NCBI GenBank assembly: GCA_963693365.1
Contig: CAVNZM010000004.1
Location: 3,400,047 to 3,464,046, forward strand
Direction of reading: 5' to 3'
DNA length: 64,000 bases
Origin: Amoebidium appalachense
Lineage: Eukaryota > Protista > Ichthyosporea
Positions 60,919-64,000 of the stretch are shown one piece after another (the stretch's first letter is position 1; the number at the start of each line of letters is the position of its first letter). The translations under genes and the position numbers were made by a program. Below the pieces are notes generated by a model. The model made no database searches. It saw only the letters and a list, made by a program, of their open reading frames with translations, and had not been told where the DNA came from.

Positions 60919-60957
60919 AATTTTTGTTTTCGGCGGGCTCAGACGAAGTTTGCACGC

Positions 60958-61617
60958 TTACTTCTTGGGGGCGGCCTTCTTGGTGGATGCCTTCTTGGGC
61001 TTAGCGGCAGCCTTGGGCTTGGCAGCCTTCTTGGCAGCAGCAGGCTTGGTAGCCTTAGGCTTTGGGGCAGCCTTGGGCTTGGCAGCGGCCTTGGGCTTGG
61101 CGGCAGCCTTGGGCTTGGCGGCGGCCTTGGGCTTAGCGGCGGCCTTGGGCTTGACTGCTGCCTTCTTGGTCGCAGCCTTCTTGGGCTTGGCGGCCTTCTT
61201 GGTGGACGTCTTCTTCACCTTCTTGGCGGCGGGCTTGGCAGCCTTGGGCTTGGCAACCTTCTTGGGCTTCTCGGGCTTCTTGGCAATAGCAGTCAGGCGG
61301 AAGGTGTTGGCATGGCCCTTGGCACTAGCAAGAAGACCCTTAGCAGCGGCGCGCTTGATAGCCAGCTTGACCTGGGTGGCACCAGCGGCACCAACTTGGT
61401 ACTTGCCCTCGACCCACTTCTGGATGGCCTGGCGGGAGGAGCCGTTGCGCTCGTTCAGTGCCTTGATGGCCTCCACAACCATGTCGTGGTACTTGGGGTG
61501 GGTGGCGGCTTTCTTGGCGGCCTTGGGCTTGGCGGCCTTAGGCTTCTTCTCCTTGGTGGCCTTGGCAGGGGCGGCGGCCGCCGGGGCAGCGGGGGCGGCA
61601 GGGGCGGCGTCAGCCAT
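60958..61617 (-). CDS. H1: Linker histone H1, intronless, 219 aa
   Basis: MADAAPAAP start, globular domain HPKYHDMVVEAIKALNERNGSSRQAIQKW...KGHANTFRL, and a K/A/P-rich tail with KPKAAA repeats. Confidence 0.97.
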   Translation of the reverse strand: MADAAPAAPAAPAAAAPAKATKEKKPKAAKPKAAKKAATHPKYHDMVVEAIKALNERNGSSRQAIQKWVEGKYQVGAAGATQVKLAIKRAAAKGLLASAKGHANTFRLTAIAKKPEKPKKVAKPKAAKPAAKKVKKTSTKKAAKPKKAATKKAAVKPKAAAKPKAAAKPKAAAKPKAAAKPKAAPKPKATKPAAAKKAAKPKAAAKPKKASTKKAAPKK

Positions 61618-61674
61618 TTTGTAAGTTTGGTATCTGTTACGAAACGTATACTGAGTGACCGTTATGTCCCTCGC

Positions 61675-61755
61675 TGAAATATATAGAGCTCCACACATTA
61701 TTAGTTGACGGATCGGTTAAAATGGAAGACCAATTGGGCTTTACCTGTGTTAATA
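61675..61755 (-). promoter_or_regulatory. Histone H1 promoter: TATA (CTATATA) and CCAAT box
   Basis: Sense CTATATATTT about 60 nt upstream of the ATG, CCAAT at ~61732-61737, and AACACA just upstream. Confidence 0.55.
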
Positions 61756-62957
61756 GAAGGGGGGCAAATTTATCCGCAAATGACGTTTTACCCCTCTCTT
61801 CAAGTAGCCAATCATTGCCGTACTTGCTCCTTCAAATAAACTTTCTGAGCCGGCCGCGTCGACTGAGCCGAAGGCGAAGTCCGGCCTCGTTGTTCAACGC
61901 CCAACGGTGTGCTGAGTTTACACGCTCTATATTTTGGGAAACGGTGGCTTTATTCATGTTGCTGGTTTTTTACCTACAAACGAATTCGCCAGCTCACGTG
62001 TCTTCACACTCAATCTCTACACGAACACGCGCACAACATTGCATGCCACCACGCGGTAGGGTGGGCCCCACGTGCAAAGCCCGCACAAACGCAAGTGCAC
62101 ACAGGCTGACGCAGGCACACACGCACACACACAAACACACACACACATAGACGCAGGCACACACGCACACACACAAACACACACACACATACACCAGTAT
62201 TGTACATGTACCTCGTAAAATCGGACAGTGTACGGCTACCATGCCCATGACACACCGGTACCCGCAATGACCTGTATTGCACTTGAACACGACCAACACA
62301 TCCCCTCACACCTCGCACTCAAAACACAGGAACACACGTGTACACGCACAAACACGTGAACACACAAACACTTACATGCCTGCTGGCGCAAACACGCTGC
62401 AGACACAAGCACAGGTACACGTTGGCGTGCCGCGCACACATAGAGACTTCTTACCTGAAGCACACGTCTACTGCACAATTTGCACTGATCCCAACTGTGA
62501 GCACAACCTCACCGTCACTCATGGCCATGTACAAATGCGCATGCACACGGTGCTCTTATCATGATTGAAGGCTCTCTCCTCGGCATAGCTACTACAATAA
62601 CACGTGTGTAAGTCAGCTCAACCAGCCGCGAAGACGTAGCCCAAAGTTACACTTAAACTTTAACAAATCAAACATGCAAACTGAATCAGATTTCCCATGC
62701 CATGCCATTGGAGTGCCGATCTCAATTGGGCATCTGCTCCTGCCCCGTTGCGGAATCTGAAAACAGACCGTCGGACACTGGGGGAGGGGGGGGAGGGCTT
62801 TGTGCATTGACTCTACCGCGGTGTGACACCAAAAAACTCTGCTAAGTGGGTTTATCAAGATGCCGTCTGTTGTGGCATTTTCTATTACCAGGTCCGAGAA
62901 AGTTTTTACTTTATATTTATAATTAGTACTATTTTACAATTGATATTTTTCTTTTTT

Positions 62958-63002
<45 letters not shown>

Positions 63003-63623
63003 CTGTGTGTTGCCGGGGTTGCCAGGTGTGCTTGCACGTGCCACACAAATACGTGTACAAGTACATCATACGGTACACGCAAACATTTGGAAGATTGCAT
63101 GAGCACACCTCAGACTAGCTAGTATCACCACAGTGCACCCATGCATATGTGCATGTGTACATATGTGAGCAGCACCGTTGAACCGGGAGGCCAAATGATT
63201 GCGAGCACATGTGCATGCCGTATATGCGGAAAATGGACAAGCTTTTCTGCTTGAAAATTTGAACCCGACCAGCAGCTGCACGTGCACGTGACCTATCATA
63301 TGTGTGGGTGGCAACGGCATATTTACTGTTGCGAAGTTTTTTTTTTTTCGAGCTGAAGCGTGTTTCAGAACCATTGACTTATGCACAGGTTTTTTGACCA
63401 TTTCGGCCTGTGTGACTAACAATGTTGAAACTAGCGAAAGCATTGTATGTAACTCGAAGTGTGTGCACATAATCACGAGCGAAATAAGCAAATCATATTG
63501 ATTCACTTCATATAATCACAAGATATTCTTTAGATCTTTTTAAGCATAGCATAGGCCACAACCACAACTCGTGTGAAACCCTTTACTATAATCACACACA
63601 CACACAAATACATTGGTTGACGT

Positions 63624-64000
63624 TTACAGAAAAGGATTTGAGTTAGAACCAACCTTTGCCCCACCAGCGTCTCCCACAGACCCACCCACCCCTGCCGTAT
63701 TCGATACCGGGCCAAATGGGTTGTAGCTGTTCCCCACTCCATTTGGCATAGTACTAGTGGTGGTTTTTGCAGCCTCAGTCGCAAATGGGTTGGTGGGGTC
63801 GAAGCTAGTTGTGGTTTTGCTCGTATATGATTGGAAAACGTCCGTTGGCGCTGCCGTTGTTGTTGTGGTGGTGGTGGGTTGCATGGTGAAGGCGGGGAGT
63901 GGTGCTGCTTGGGGTGCGCCAAAGATGGATGTTTCTTGCACCTCGGCTGCAAACAATGCTGCATACTTGTCACTTGCATTACTCGTAGGGCCTGGCGCAG
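63624..64000 (-). CDS. 3' terminal exon (partial) of an AGFG1/HRB-like endocytic adaptor
   Basis: Frame is open from the window edge: ...SDKYAALF..., three NPF motifs and C-terminal SNPFL*. DKYAAL plus terminal NPFL is characteristic of AGFG1/HRB. The ArfGAP domain is not in the window. Confidence 0.7.
   Translation of the reverse strand, partial: APGPTSNASDKYAALFAAEVQETSIFGAPQAAPLPAFTMQPTTTTTTTAAPTDVFQSYTSKTTTSFDPTNPFATEAAKTTTSTMPNGVGNSYNPFGPVSNTAGVGGSVGDAGGAKVGSNSNPFL

Noticed and set aside
60895-61677. Long plus-strand ORFs (260 and 224 aa) overlapping histone H1
   Set aside because: Antisense shadows caused by the biased AAG/GCC/CCC codon usage of H1.

Overview
Eukaryotic, intron-rich genomic DNA using the standard code and GT-AG introns. 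It probably comes from a unicellular relative of animals; this is inference from gene content. Introns are packed with poly-C/poly-G runs and (CA)n/(GT)n microsatellites, so most of the supplied ORF track is repeat artefact. Hand splicing gives, left to right: a two-exon ROK-family sugar kinase; an intronless TRIC/TMEM38-like channel; gene A (minus, multi-exon, UBZ-type zinc finger); gene B (minus); gene D (plus, 17 exons); gene C (minus, 12 exons); histone H1 with a 3' stem-loop; and the 3' end of an AGFG1/HRB-like NPF protein. Gene B is a chimera of gene A's 5' half and gene C's 3' half. Gene D is a type I membrane protein with a ricin-B lectin, TSP1 repeats, a mucin stalk, a TM helix and a cytosolic CBM20. 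Gene C is a KHA/DCX-like + bHLH-zipper + single sensor-type PAS-PAC transcription factor. The most notable candidate system is the C/B pair: an E-box-type bHLH-Zip-PAS factor and a neighbouring derivative that has lost the DNA-binding exon but keeps intact zipper-PAS-PAC exons. Three copies of an intronic H/ACA-like RNA and a MITE with a visible empty site help reconstruct the history. All exon models are by eye, and homopolymer lengths may be inaccurate.
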